From: Eledone cirrhosa
Lineage: Eukaryota
Length of the DNA: 64,000 nucleotides
Direction of reading: 5' to 3'
Assembly: GCA_964016885.1 (NCBI GenBank)
Contig: OZ024740.1
Location: forward strand, 34,224,001-34,288,000
In this document: one piece after another, positions 1 through 13,823 of the stretch
Numbering within the stretch: position 1 is the first letter of the stretch
Layout of the letters: each line of letters begins with the position of its first letter
The notes under the pieces: model-generated
Seen by the model: the letters and a program-made list of their open reading frames with translations, nothing else
Databases searched by the model: none
What the model was told of the DNA's origin: nothing
Translations under genes and position numbers: made by a program

Positions 1-39
1 TCATTTTTGTCAAGTGTAGCCCTCCAACTCCTATAACCT

Positions 40-1730
40 CAAGAAACTTCATTTTTATCAAGTGTAGCCCCCAACTCCTAGAACCTCAAGAAACTTCACT
101 TTTGTCAAGTGTAGCCCCCCAACTCCTAGAACCTCAAGAAACTTCACCTTTGTCAAGTGTAGCTCCCAACTCCTAGAACCTAAAGAAACTTCATTTTTGG
201 CAAGTGTAGCCCCAACTCCTAGAACCTCAAGAAACTTCATTTTTGTCAAGTGTAGCCCCATCTCCTAGAACCTCAAGAAACTTCATTTTTGTCAAGTGTA
301 GCCCTCCAACTCCTATAACCTCAAGAAACTTCATTTTTGTCAAGTGTAGCCCCCGACTCCTAGAACCTCAAGAAACTTCATTTTTGTCAAGTGTAGCCCA
401 CCGACTCCTAGAACCTCAAGAAACTTCATTTTTGTCAAGTGTAGCCTCCTCGGCTCCTAGAACCTCAAAAAACTTCATTTTTGTCAAGTGTAGCCCCATC
501 TCCTAGAACCTCAAGAAACTTCATTTTTGTCAAGTGTAGCCCCAATTCCTAGAACCCCAAGAAACTTCATTTTTGGCAAGTGTAGCCCCAACTCCTAGAA
601 CCTCAAGAAACTTCATTTTTGTCAAGTGTAGCCCCATCTCCTAGAACCTCAAGAAACTTCATTTTTGTCAAGTGTAGCCCTCCAACTCTTATAACCTCAA
701 GAAACTTCATTTTTGTCAAGTGTAGCCCCCGACTCCTAGAACCTCAAGAAACTTCATTTTTGTCAAGTGTAGCCCCAACTCCTAGAACCTCAAGAAACTT
801 CATTTTTGTCAAGTGTAGCCCCAACTCCTAGAACCTCAAGAAACATCATTTTTGTCAAGTGTAGCCCCCAACTCCTATAACTTCAAGAAACTTCATTTTT
901 GTCAAGTGTAGCCCCCAACTCCTAGAACATCAAGAAACTTCACTTTTGTCAAGTGTAGCCCTCCAACTCCTAGAACATCAAGAAACTTCATTTTTGTCAA
1001 GTGTAGCCCCCAACTCCTACAACCTCAAGAAACTTTATTTTTGTCAAGTGTAGCCCCCATCTCTTAGAACCTCAAGAAACTTTATTTTTGTCAAGTGTAG
1101 CCCACCGACTCCTAGAACCTCAAGAAACTTTATTTTTGTCAAGTGTAGCCCCCCAACTCCTAGAACCTCAAGAAGCTTCATTTTTGTAGAGTGTAGCCCC
1201 CCCAACTCCTAGAACCTCAAGAAACATCATTTTTGTCAAGTGTAGCCCTCCAACTCCTAGAACCTCAAGAAACTTCATTTTTATCTAGTGTAGCCCCCAA
1301 CTCCTAGAACCTCAAGAAACTTCACTTTTGTCAAGTGTAGCCCCCCAACTCCTAGAACCTCAAGAAACTTCACCTTTGTCAAGTGTAGCTCCCAACTCCT
1401 AGAACCTAAAGAAACTTCATTTTTGGCAAGTGTAGCCCCAACTCCTAGAACCTCAAGAAACTTCATTTTTGTCAAGTGTAGCCCCATCTCCTAGAACCTC
1501 AAGAAACTTCATTTTTGTCAAGTGTAGCCCTCCAACTCCTATAACCTCAAGAAACTTCATTTTTGTCAAGTGTAGCCCCCGACTCCTAGAACCTCAAGAA
1601 ACTTCATTTTTGTTAAGTGTAGCCCTCCAACTCCTAGAACCTCAAGAAACTTCATTTTTGTCAAGTGTAGCCCCAACTCCTAGAACCTCAAGAAACTTCA
1701 TTTTTGTCAAGTGTAGACCCAATTCCTAGA
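40..1730 (+). repeat. Imperfect ~1.22-kb duplication within the array
   Basis: ORF 58..261 recurs at 1281..1487 (offset ~1223-1226) and ORF 243 recurs at 1469 (offset 1226). The rare variant TTTTATC appears at ~53 and ~1278, followed by the same monomer order. Confidence 0.7.
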
Positions 1731-4396
1731 ACCTCAAAAAACTTCATTTTTGTCAAGTGTAGCCCTCCAACTCCTAGAACCTCAAGAAACTTCATTTTTG
1801 TCAAGTGTAGCCCCAACTCCTAGAACCTCAAAAAACTTCATTTTTGGCAAGTGTAGCCCCAACTCCTAGAACCTCAAAAAACTTCATTTTTGTCAAGTGT
1901 AGCCCCATCTCCTAGAACCTCAAGAAACTTCATTTTTGTCAAGTGTAGCCCCAATTCCTAGAACCCCAAGAAACTTCATTTTTGGCAAGTGTAGCCCCAA
2001 CTCCTAGAACCTCAAGAAACTTCATTTTTGTCAAGTGTAGCCCCCAACTCCTAGAACCTCAAGAAACTTCATTTTTGTCAAGTGTAGCCCTCCAACTCTT
2101 ATAACCTCAAGAAACTTCATTTTTGTCAAGTGTAGCCCCCCATCTCCTAGAACCTCAAGAAACTTCATTTTTGTCAAGTGTAGCCCTCCAACTCTTATAA
2201 CCTCAAGAAACTTCATTTTTGTCAAGTGTAGCCCCCGACTCCTAGAACCTCAAGAAACTTCATTTTTGTCAAGTGTAGCCCCAACTCCTAGAACCTCAAG
2301 AAACTTCATTTTTGTCAAGTGTAGCCCTCCAACTCCTATAACTTCAAGAAACTTCATTTTTCTCAAGTGTAGCACCCAACTCCTAGAACATCAAGAAACT
2401 TCACTTTTGTCAAGTGTAGCCCTCCAACTCCTAGAACATCAAGAAACTTCATTTTTGTCAAGTGTAGCCCCCAACTCCTACAACCTCAAGAAACTTTATT
2501 TTTGTCAAGTGTAGCCCCCATCTCTTAGAACCTCAAGAAACTTTATTTTTGTCAAGTGTAGCCCACCGACTCCTAGAACCTCAAGAAACTTCATTTTTGT
2601 CAAGTGTAGCCCCCAACTCCTACAACCTCAAGAAACTTTATTTTTGTCAAGTGTAGCCCCCATCTCCTAGAACCTCAAGAAACTTTATTTTTGTCAAGTG
2701 TAGCCCCCCAACTCCTAGAACATCAAGAAACTTCATTTTTGTCAAGTGTAGACCCCCATCTCCTAGAACCTCAAGAAACTTCATTTTTGTCAAGTGTAGC
2801 CCCCAACTCCTAGAACATAAAGAAACTTCACTTTTGTCAAGTGTAGCCCTCCAACTCCTAGAACATCAAGAAACTTCATTTTTGTCAAGTGTAGACCCCC
2901 ATCTCCTAGAACCTCAAGAAACTTCATTTTTGTCAAGTGTAGCCCCCAACTCCTAGAACATCAAGAAACTTCACTTTTGTCAAGTGTAGCCCTCCAACTC
3001 CTAGAACATCAAGAAACTTCATTTTTGTCAAGTGTAGCCCGCACCCCTACAACCTCAAGAAACTTCATTTCTGTCAAGTGTAGCTCCCAAATCCTAGAAC
3101 CTCAAGAAACTTCATTTTTGTCAAGTGTAGCCCCCAAATCGTAGAACCTCAAGAATCTTCATTTTTGTCAAGTGTAGCCCACCGACTCCTAGAACCTCAA
3201 GAAACTTCATTTTTGTCAAGTGTAGCCACCAACTCCTAGAACCCCAAGAAAGTTCATTTTTGTATAGTGTAGCAACACCCCCCGACTCCTAGAACCTCAA
3301 GAAACTTCATTTTTGTCAAGTGTAGCCCCAATTCCTAGAACCTCAAGAAACTTCATTTTTCTCAAGTGTAGCACCCAACCCCTAGAACCTCAAAAAACTT
3401 CATTTTTGTCAAGTGTAGCCTCCTCGGCTCCTAGAACCTCAAGAAGCTTCATTTTTGTCAAGTGTAGCTCCCCAACTCCTAGAACATCAAGAAACATCAT
3501 TTTTGTCAAGTGTAGCCCTCCAACTCCTATAACCTCAAGAAACTTCATTTTTCTCAAGTGTAGCCCCCAACTCCTAGAACCTCAAGAAACTTCACTTTTG
3601 TCAAGTGTAGCCCCCCAACTCCTAGAACCTCAAGAAACTTCACCTTTGTCAAGTGTAGCTCCCAACTCCTAGAACCTAAAGAAACTTCATTTTTGTCAAG
3701 TGTAGCTCCCCGACTCCTAGAACCTCAAGAAACTTCATTTTTGGCAAGTGTAGCCCCCAACTCCTAGAACCTCAAGAAACTTCACTTTTGTCAAGTGTAG
3801 CCCTCCAACTCCTAGAACCTCAAGAAACTTCATTTTTGGCAAGTGTAGCCCCAACTCCTAGAACCTCAAGAAACTTCATTTTTGTCAAGTGTAGCCCCAT
3901 CTCCTAGAACCTCAAGAAACTTCATTTTTGTCAAGTGTAGCCCTCCAACTCCTATAACCTCAAGAAACTTCATTTTTGTCAAGTGTAGCCCCCGACTCCT
4001 AGAACCTCAAGAAACTTCATTTTTGTCAAGTGTAGCCCCAACTCCTAGAACCTCAAGAAACTTCATTTTTGTCAAGTGTAGCCCCCATCTCCTAGAACCT
4101 CAAGAAACTTTATTTTTGTCAAGTGTAGCACCCCAACTCCTAGAACCTCAAGAAACTTCATTTTTGTCAAGTGTAGTCCGCACCCCTACAACCTCAAGAA
4201 ACTTCATTTCTGTCAAGTGTAGCTCCCAAATCCTAGAACCTCAAGAAACTTCATTTTTGTCAAGTGTAGCCACCAAATCCTAGAACCTCAAGAAACTTCA
4301 TTTTTGTCAAGTGTAGCCCCCGACTCCTAGAACCTCAAGAAACTTCATTTTTGTCAAGTGTAGCCCCAATTCCTAGAACCTCAAGAAACTTCATTT

Positions 4397-7300
4397 TTGT
4401 CAAGTGTAGCCCCCCGACTCCTAGAACCTCAAGAAACTTCATTTTTGTCAAGTGTAGCCCCAATTCCTAGAACCTCAAGAATCTTCATTTTTGTCAAGTG
4501 TAGCCCACCGACTCCTAGAACCTCAAGAAACTTCATTTTTGTCAAGTGTAGCCACCAACTCCTAGAACCCCAAGAAAGTTCATTTTTGTATAGTGTAGCA
4601 ACACCCCCCGACTCCTAGAACCTCAAGAAACTTCATTTTTGTCAAGTGTAGCACCCAACCCCTAGAACCTCAAAAAACTTCATTTTTGTCAAGTGTAGCC
4701 TCCTCGGCTCCTAGAACCTCAAGAAGCTTCATTTTTGTCAAGTGTAGCCCCCCAACTCCTAGAACCTCAAGAAAAATCATTTTTGTCAAGTGTAGCGCCC
4801 AACCCCTAGAACCTCAAAAAACTTCATTTTTGTCAAGTGTAGCCTCCTCGGCTCCTAGAACCTCAAGAAGCTTCATTTTTGTCAAGTGTAGCCCCAATTC
4901 CTAGAACCTCAAGAAACTTCATTTTTGTCAAGTGTAGCCCCCCGACTCCTAGAACCTCAAGAAACATCATTTTTGTCAAGTGTAGCCCTCCAACTCCTAT
5001 AACCTCAAGAAACTTCATTTTTCTCAAGTGTAGCCCCCAACTCCTAGAACCTCAAGAAACTTCACTTTTGTCAAGTGTAGCCCCCCAACTCCTAGAACCT
5101 CAAGAAACTTCATTTTTCTCAAGTGTAGCCCCCAACTCCTAGAACCTCAAGAAACTTCATTTTTGTCAAGTGTAGCTCCCAACTCCTAGAACCTAAAGAA
5201 ACTTCATTTTTGTCAAGTGTAGCCCCCAACTCCTAGAACCTCAAGAAACTTTATTTTTGTCAAGTGTAGCCCCCCATCTCCTAGAACCTCAAGAAACTTT
5301 ATTTTTGTCAAGTTTAGCCCCCAACTCCTAGAACATCGAGAAACTTCATTTTTGTCAAGTGAAGCCCACAACTCCTAGAACCTCAAGAAACTTCACTTTT
5401 GTCAAGTGTAGCCACCCACCCCTACAACCTCAAGAAACTTTATTTTTGTCAAGTGTAGCCTCCGCCCCCGACTCCTAGAACCTCAAGAAACTTCATTTTT
5501 GTCAAGTGTAGCCTCCTCGGCTCCTAGAACCTCAAGAAGCTTCATTTTTGTAGAGTGTAGCCCCCCCAACTCCTAGAACCTCAAGAAACATCATTTTTGT
5601 CAAGTGTAGCCCTCCAACTCCTATAACCTCAAGAAACTTCATTTTTCTCAAGTGTAGCCCCCAACTCCTAGAACCTCAAGAAACTTCACTTTTGTCAAGT
5701 GTAGCCCCCCAACTCCTAGAACCTCAAGAAACTTCACCTTTGTCAAGTGTAGCTCCCAACTCCTAGAACCTAAAGAAACTTCATTTTTGTCAAGTGTAGC
5801 TCCCCGACTCCTAGAACCTCAAGAAACTTCATTTTTGGCAAGTGTAGCCCCCAACTCCTAGAACCTCAAGAAACTTCACTTTTGTCAAGTGTAGCCCCCA
5901 ACTCCTAGAACCTCAAGAAACTTCATTTTTGGCAAGTGTAGCCCCCAACTCCTAGAACCTCAAGAAACTTCATTTTTGTCAAGTGTAGCCCCCAACTCCT
6001 AGAACCTCAAGAAACTTCACTTTTGTCAAGTGTAGCCCCCAACTCCTAGAACCTCAAGAAACTTCATTTTTGGCAAGTGTAGCCCCCAACTCCTAGAACC
6101 TCAAGAAACTTCATTTTTGTCAAGTGTAGCTCCCAACTCCTAGAACCTAAAGAAACTTCATTTTTGTCAAGTGTAGCTCCCCGACTCCTAGAACCTCAAG
6201 AAACTTCATTTTTGGCAAGTGTAGCCCCCAACTCCTAGAACCTCAAGAAACTTCATTTTTGGCAAGTGTAGCCCCAACTCCTAGAACCTCAAGAAACTTC
6301 ATTTTTGCAAGTGTAGCCCCCGACTCCTAGAACCTCAAGAAACTTCATTTTTGTCAAGTGTAGCCCCAACTCCTAGAACCTCAAGAAACTTCATTTTTGT
6401 CAAGTGTAGACCCAATTCCTAGAACCTCAAAAAACTTCATTTTTGGCAAGTGTAGCCCCCAACTCCTAGAACATCAAGAAACTTCACTTTTGTCAAGTGT
6501 AGCCCTCCAACTCCTAGAACATCAAGAAACTTCATTTTTGTCAAGTGTAGCCCCCAACTCCTACAACCTCAAGAAACTTTATTTTTGTCAAGTGTAGCCC
6601 CCATCTCCTAGAACCTCAAGAAACTTTATTTTTGTCAAGTGTAGCCCACCGACTCCTAGAACCTCAAGAAACTTCATTTTTGTCAAGTGTAGCCCCCAAC
6701 TCCTACAACCTCAAGAAACTTTATGTTTGTCAAGTGTAGCCCCCATCTCCTAGAACCTCAAGAAACTTTATTTTTGTCAAGTGTAGCCCACCGACTCCTA
6801 GAACCTCAAGAAACTTCATTTTTGACAAGTGTAGCCCCCAACTCCTACAACCTCAAGAAACTTTATTTTTGTCAAGTGTAGCCCCCATCTCCTAGAACCT
6901 CAAGAAACTTTATTTTTGTCAAGTGTAGCCCACCGACTCCTAGAACCTCAAGAAACTTCATTTTTGTCAAGTGTAGCCCCCAACTCCTACAACCTCAAGA
7001 AACTTTATTTTTGTCAAGTGTAGCCCCCATCTCCTAGAACCTCAAGAAACTTCATTTTTGTCAAGTGTAGACCCCCATCTCCTAGAACCTCAAGAAACTT
7101 CATTTTTGTCAAGTGTAGCCCGCACCCCTACAACCTCAAGAAACTTCATTTCTATCAAGTGTAGCTCCCAAATCCTAGAACCTCAAGAAACTTCATTTTT
7201 GTCAAGTGTAGCCCCCAAATCGTAGAACCTCAAGAAACTTCATTTTTGTCAAGTGTAGCCACCAACTCCTAGAACCCCAAGAAAGTTCATTTTTGTATAG

Positions 7301-10300
7301 TGTAGCAACACCCCCCGATTCCTAGAACCTCAAGAAGCTTCATTTTTGTCAAGTGTAGCCCCCCAACTCCTAGAACCTCAAGAAAAATCATTTTTGTCAA
7401 GTGTAGCACCCAACCCCTAGAACCTCAAAAAACTTCACTTTTGTCAAGTGTAGCCTCCTCGGCTCCTAGAACCTCAAGAAGCTTCATTTTTGTCAAGTGT
7501 AGCCCCAATTCCTAGAACCTCAAGAAACTTCATTTTTGTCAAGTGTAGCCCCCCGACTCCTAGAACCTCAAGAAACATCATTTTTGTCAAGTGTAGCCCT
7601 CCAGCTCCTATAACCTCAAGAAACTTCATTTTTCTCAAGTGTAGCCCCCAACTCCTAGAACCTCAAGAAACTTCACTTTTGTCAAGTGTAGCCCTCCAAC
7701 TCCTAGAACCTCAAGAAACTTCATTTTTGTCAAGTGTAGCCCCCAACTCCTACAACCTCAAGAAACTTTATTTTTGTCAAGTGTAGCCCCCATCTCCTAG
7801 AACCTCAAGAAACTTTATTTTTGTCAAGTGTAGCCCACCGACTCCTAGAACCTCAAGAAACTTCATTTTTGTCAAGTGTAGCCCCCAACTCCTACAACCT
7901 CAAGAAACTTTATTTTTGTCAAGTGTAGCCCCCATCTCCTAGAACCTCAAGAAACTTCACTTTTGTCAAGTGTAGCCCCCCGACTCCTAGAACCTCAAGA
8001 AACTTCATTTTTGTCAAGTGTAGCCCCAATTCCTAGAACCTCAAGAATCTTCATTTTTGTCAAGTGTAGCCCACCGACTCCTAGAACCTCAAGAAACTTC
8101 ATTTTTGTCAAGTGTAGCCACCAACTCCTAGAACCCCAAGAAAGTTCATTTTTGTATAGTGTAGCAACACCCCCCGACTCCTAGAACCTCAAGAAACTTC
8201 ATTTTTGTCAAGTGTAGCACCCAACCCCTAGAACCTCAAAAAACTTCATTTTTGTCAAGTGTAGCCTCCTCGGCTCCTAGAACCTCAAGAAGCTTCATTT
8301 TTGTCAAGTGTAGCCCCCCAACTCCTAGAACCTCAAGAAAAATCATTTTTGTCAAGTGTAGCGCCCAACCCCTAGAACCTCAAAAAACTTCATTTTTGTC
8401 AAGTGTAGCCTCCTCGGCTCCTAGAACCTCAAGAAGCTTCATTTTTGTCAAGTGTAGCCCCAATTCCTAGAACCTCAAGAAACTTCATTTTTGTCAAGTG
8501 TAGCCCCCCGACTCCTAGAACCTCAAGAAACATCATTTTTGTCAAGTGTAGCCCTCCAACTCCTATAACCTCAAGAAACTTCATTTTTCTCAAGTGTAGC
8601 CCCCAACTCCTAGAACCTCAAGAAACTTCACTTTTGTCAAGTGTAGCCCCCCAACTCCTAGAACCTCAAGAAACTTCATTTTTCTCAAGTGTAGCCCCCA
8701 ACTCCTAGAACCTCAAGAAACTTCATTTTTGTCAAGTGTAGCTCCCAACTCCTAGAACCTAAAGAAACTTCATTTTTGTCAAGTGTAGCCCCCAACTCCT
8801 AGAACCTCAAGAAACTTTATTTTTGTCAAGTGTAGCCCCCCATCTCCTAGAACCTCAAGAAACTTTATTTTTGTCAAGTTTAGCCCCCAACTCCTAGAAC
8901 ATCGAGAAACTTCATTTTTGTCAAGTGAAGCCCACAACTCCTAGAACCTCAAGAAACTTCACTTTTGTCAAGTGTAGCCACCCACCCCTACAACCTCAAG
9001 AAACTTTATTTTTGTCAAGTGTAGCCTCCGCCCCCGACTCCTAGAACCTCAAGAAACTTCATTTTTGTCAAGTGTAGCCTCCTCGGCTCCTAGAACCTCA
9101 AGAAGCTTCATTTTTGTAGAGTGTAGCCCCCCCAACTCCTAGAACCTCAAGAAACATCATTTTTGTCAAGTGTAGCCCTCCAACTCCTATAACCTCAAGA
9201 AACTTCATTTTTCTCAAGTGTAGCCCCCAACTCCTAGAACCTCAAGAAACTTCACTTTTGTCAAGTGTAGCCCCCCAACTCCTAGAACCTCAAGAAACTT
9301 CACCTTTGTCAAGTGTAGCTCCCAACTCCTAGAACCTAAAGAAACTTCATTTTTGTCAAGTGTAGCTCCCCGACTCCTAGAACCTCAAGAAACTTCATTT
9401 TTGGCAAGTGTAGCCCCCAACTCCTAGAACCTCAAGAAACTTCACTTTTGTCAAGTGTAGCCCCCAACTCCTAGAACCTCAAGAAACTTCATTTTTGGCA
9501 AGTGTAGCCCCCAACTCCTAGAACCTCAAGAAACTTCATTTTTGTCAAGTGTAGCCCCCAACTCCTAGAACCTCAAGAAACTTCACTTTTGTCAAGTGTA
9601 GCCCCCAACTCCTAGAACCTCAAGAAACTTCATTTTTGGCAAGTGTAGCCCCCAACTCCTAGAACCTCAAGAAACTTCATTTTTGTCAAGTGTAGCTCCC
9701 AACTCCTAGAACCTAAAGAAACTTCATTTTTGTCAAGTGTAGCTCCCCGACTCCTAGAACCTCAAGAAACTTCATTTTTGGCAAGTGTAGCCCCCAACTC
9801 CTAGAACCTCAAGAAACTTCATTTTTGGCAAGTGTAGCCCCAACTCCTAGAACCTCAAGAAACTTCATTTTTGCAAGTGTAGCCCCCGACTCCTAGAACC
9901 TCAAGAAACTTCATTTTTGTCAAGTGTAGCCCCAACTCCTAGAACCTCAAGAAACTTCATTTTTGTCAAGTGTAGACCCAATTCCTAGAACCTCAAGAAA
10001 CTTCATTTTTGTCAAGTGTAGCCCCCAACTCCTACAACCTCAAGAAACTTTATTTTTGTCAAGTGTAGCCCCCATCTCCTAGAACCTCAAGAAACTTTAT
10101 TTTTGTCAAGTGTAGCCCACCGACTCCTAGAACCTCAAGAAACTTCATTTTTGTCAAGTGTAGCCCCCAACTCCTACAACCTCAAGAAACTTTATTTTTG
10201 TCAAGTGTAGCCCCCATCTCCTAGAACCTCAAGAAACTTCACTTTTGTCAAGTGTAGCCCCCCGACTCCTAGAACCTCAAGAAACTTCATTTTTGTCAAG

Positions 10301-13300
10301 TGTAGCCCCAATTCCTAGAACCTCAAGAATCTTCATTTTTGTCAAGTGTAGCCCACCGACTCCTAGAACCTCAAGAAACTTCATTTTTGTCAAGTGTAGC
10401 CACCAACTCCTAGAACCCCAAGAAAGTTCATTTTTGTATAGTGTAGCAACACCCCCCGACTCCTAGAACCTCAAGAAACTTCATTTTTGTCAAGTGTAGC
10501 ACCCAACCCCTAGAACCTCAAAAAACTTCATTTTTGTCAAGTGTAGCCTCCTCGGCTCCTAGAACCTCAAGAAGCTTCATTTTTGTCAAGTGTAGCCCCC
10601 CAACTCCTAGAACCTCAAGAAAAATCATTTTTGTCAAGTGTAGCGCCCAACCCCTAGAACCTCAAAAAACTTCATTTTTGTCAAGTGTAGCCTCCTCGGC
10701 TCCTAGAACCTCAAGAAGCTTCATTTTTGTCAAGTGTAGCCCCAATTCCTAGAACCTCAAGAAACTTCATTTTTGTCAAGTGTAGCCCCCCGACTCCTAG
10801 AACCTCAAGAAACATCATTTTTGTCAAGTGTAGCCCTCCAACTCCTATAACCTCAAGAAACTTCATTTTTCTCAAGTGTAGCCCCCAACTCCTAGAACCT
10901 CAAGAAACTTCACTTTTGTCAAGTGTAGCCCCCCAACTCCTAGAACCTCAAGAAACTTCATTTTTCTCAAGTGTAGCCCCCAACTCCTAGAACCTCAAGA
11001 AACTTCATTTTTGTCAAGTGTAGCTCCCAACTCCTAGAACCTAAAGAAACTTCATTTTTGTCAAGTGTAGCCCCCAACTCCTAGAACCTCAAGAAACTTT
11101 ATTTTTGTCAAGTGTAGCCCCCCATCTCCTAGAACCTCAAGAAACTTTATTTTTGTCAAGTTTAGCCCCCAACTCCTAGAACATCGAGAAACTTCATTTT
11201 TGTCAAGTGAAGCCCACAACTCCTAGAACCTCAAGAAACTTCACTTTTGTCAAGTGTAGCCACCCACCCCTACAACCTCAAGAAACTTTATTTTTGTCAA
11301 GTGTAGCCTCCGCCCCCGACTCCTAGAACCTCAAGAAACTTCATTTTTGTCAAGTGTAGCCTCCTCGGCTCCTAGAACCTCAAGAAGCTTCATTTTTGTA
11401 GAGTGTAGCCCCCCCAACTCCTAGAACCTCAAGAAACATCATTTTTGTCAAGTGTAGCCCTCCAACTCCTATAACCTCAAGAAACTTCATTTTTCTCAAG
11501 TGTAGCCCCCAACTCCTAGAACCTCAAGAAACTTCACTTTTGTCAAGTGTAGCCCCCCAACTCCTAGAACCTCAAGAAACTTCACCTTTGTCAAGTGTAG
11601 CTCCCAACTCCTAGAACCTAAAGAAACTTCATTTTTGTCAAGTGTAGCTCCCCGACTCCTAGAACCTCAAGAAACTTCATTTTTGGCAAGTGTAGCCCCC
11701 AACTCCTAGAACCTCAAGAAACTTCACTTTTGTCAAGTGTAGCCCCCAACTCCTAGAACCTCAAGAAACTTCATTTTTGGCAAGTGTAGCCCCCAACTCC
11801 TAGAACCTCAAGAAACTTCATTTTTGTCAAGTGTAGCCCCCAACTCCTAGAACCTCAAGAAACTTCACTTTTGTCAAGTGTAGCCCCCAACTCCTAGAAC
11901 CTCAAGAAACTTCATTTTTGGCAAGTGTAGCCCCCAACTCCTAGAACCTCAAGAAACTTCATTTTTGTCAAGTGTAGCTCCCAACTCCTAGAACCTAAAG
12001 AAACTTCATTTTTGTCAAGTGTAGCTCCCCGACTCCTAGAACCTCAAGAAACTTCATTTTTGGCAAGTGTAGCCCCCAACTCCTAGAACCTCAAGAAACT
12101 TCATTTTTGGCAAGTGTAGCCCCAACTCCTAGAACCTCAAGAAACTTCATTTTTGCAAGTGTAGCCCCCGACTCCTAGAACCTCAAGAAACTTCATTTTT
12201 GTCAAGTGTAGCCCCAACTCCTAGAACCTCAAGAAACTTCATTTTTGTCAAGTGTAGACCCAATTCCTAGAACCTCAAAAAACTTCATTTTTGGCAAGTG
12301 TAGCCCCCAACTCCTAGAACATCAAGAAACTTCACTTTTGTCAAGTGTAGCCCTCCAACTCCTAGAACATCAAGAAACTTCATTTTTGTCAAGTGTAGCC
12401 CCCAACTCCTACAACCTCAAGAAACTTTATTTTTGTCAAGTGTAGCCCCCATCTCCTAGAACCTCAAGAAACTTTATTTTTGTCAAGTGTAGCCCACCGA
12501 CTCCTAGAACCTCAAGAAACTTCATTTTTGTCAAGTGTAGCCCCCAACTCCTACAACCTCAAGAAACTTTATGTTTGTCAAGTGTAGCCCCCATCTCCTA
12601 GAACCTCAAGAAACTTTATTTTTGTCAAGTGTAGCCCACCGACTCCTAGAACCTCAAGAAACTTCATTTTTGACAAGTGTAGCCCCCAACTCCTACAACC
12701 TCAAGAAACTTTATTTTTGTCAAGTGTAGCCCCCATCTCCTAGAACCTCAAGAAACTTTATTTTTGTCAAGTGTAGCCCACCGACTCCTAGAACCTCAAG
12801 AAACTTCATTTTTGTCAAGTGTAGCCCCCAACTCCTACAACCTCAAGAAACTTTATTTTTGTCAAGTGTAGCCCCCATCTCCTAGAACCTCAAGAAACTT
12901 CATTTTTGTCAAGTGTAGACCCCCATCTCCTAGAACCTCAAGAAACTTCATTTTTGTCAAGTGTAGCCCGCACCCCTACAACCTCAAGAAACTTCATTTC
13001 TATCAAGTGTAGCTCCCAAATCCTAGAACCTCAAGAAACTTCATTTTTGTCAAGTGTAGCCCCCAAATCGTAGAACCTCAAGAAACTTCATTTTTGTCAA
13101 GTGTAGCCACCAACTCCTAGAACCCCAAGAAAGTTCATTTTTGTATAGTGTAGCAACACCCCCCGATTCCTAGAACCTCAAGAAGCTTCATTTTTGTCAA
13201 GTGTAGCCCCCCAACTCCTAGAACCTCAAGAAAAATCATTTTTGTCAAGTGTAGCACCCAACCCCTAGAACCTCAAAAAACTTCACTTTTGTCAAGTGTA

Positions 13301-13823
13301 GCCTCCTCGGCTCCTAGAACCTCAAGAAGCTTCATTTTTGTCAAGTGTAGCCCCAATTCCTAGAACCTCAAGAAACTTCATTTTTGTCAAGTGTAGCCCC
13401 CCGACTCCTAGAACCTCAAGAAACATCATTTTTGTCAAGTGTAGCCCTCCAGCTCCTATAACCTCAAGAAACTTCATTTTTCTCAAGTGTAGCCCCCAAC
13501 TCCTAGAACCTCAAGAAACTTCACTTTTGTCAAGTGTAGCCCTCCAACTCCTAGAACCTCAAGAAACTTCATTTTTGTCAAGTGTAGCCCCCAACTCCTA
13601 CAACCTCAAGAAACTTTATTTTTGTCAAGTGTAGCCCCCATCTCCTAGAACCTCAAGAAACTTTATTTTTGTCAAGTGTAGCCCACCGACTCCTAGAACC
13701 TCAAGAAACTTCATTTTTGTCAAGTGTAGCCCCCAACTCCTACAACCTCAAGAAACTTTATTTTTGTCAAGTGTAGCCCCCATCTCCTAGAACCTCAAGA
13801 AACTTCACTTTTGTCAAGTGTAG
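4397..13823 (+). repeat. Near-identical segmental duplication with 5848-bp offset (about 4397-7975 copied at about 10245-13823)
   Basis: Identical ORFs occur at 4397/10245, 4686/10534, 4879/10727, 6397/12245 and 7490/13338, all offset by 5848. Private variants are shared: TTATGTTTG (6723/12571), GACAAG (6824/12672), TCTATCAAG (7151/12999) and CCCGATT (~7315/~13163). Confidence 0.93.
7710..12277 (+). repeat. Tandem 2282-bp duplication nested in the 5848-bp duplication
   Basis: Identical ORFs at 7963/10245, 8252/10534 and 8445/10727 (offset 2282). The GTGAAG marker is at 8927/11209 and the TTTTGCAAG deletion variant at ~9873/~12155. Confidence 0.9.
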
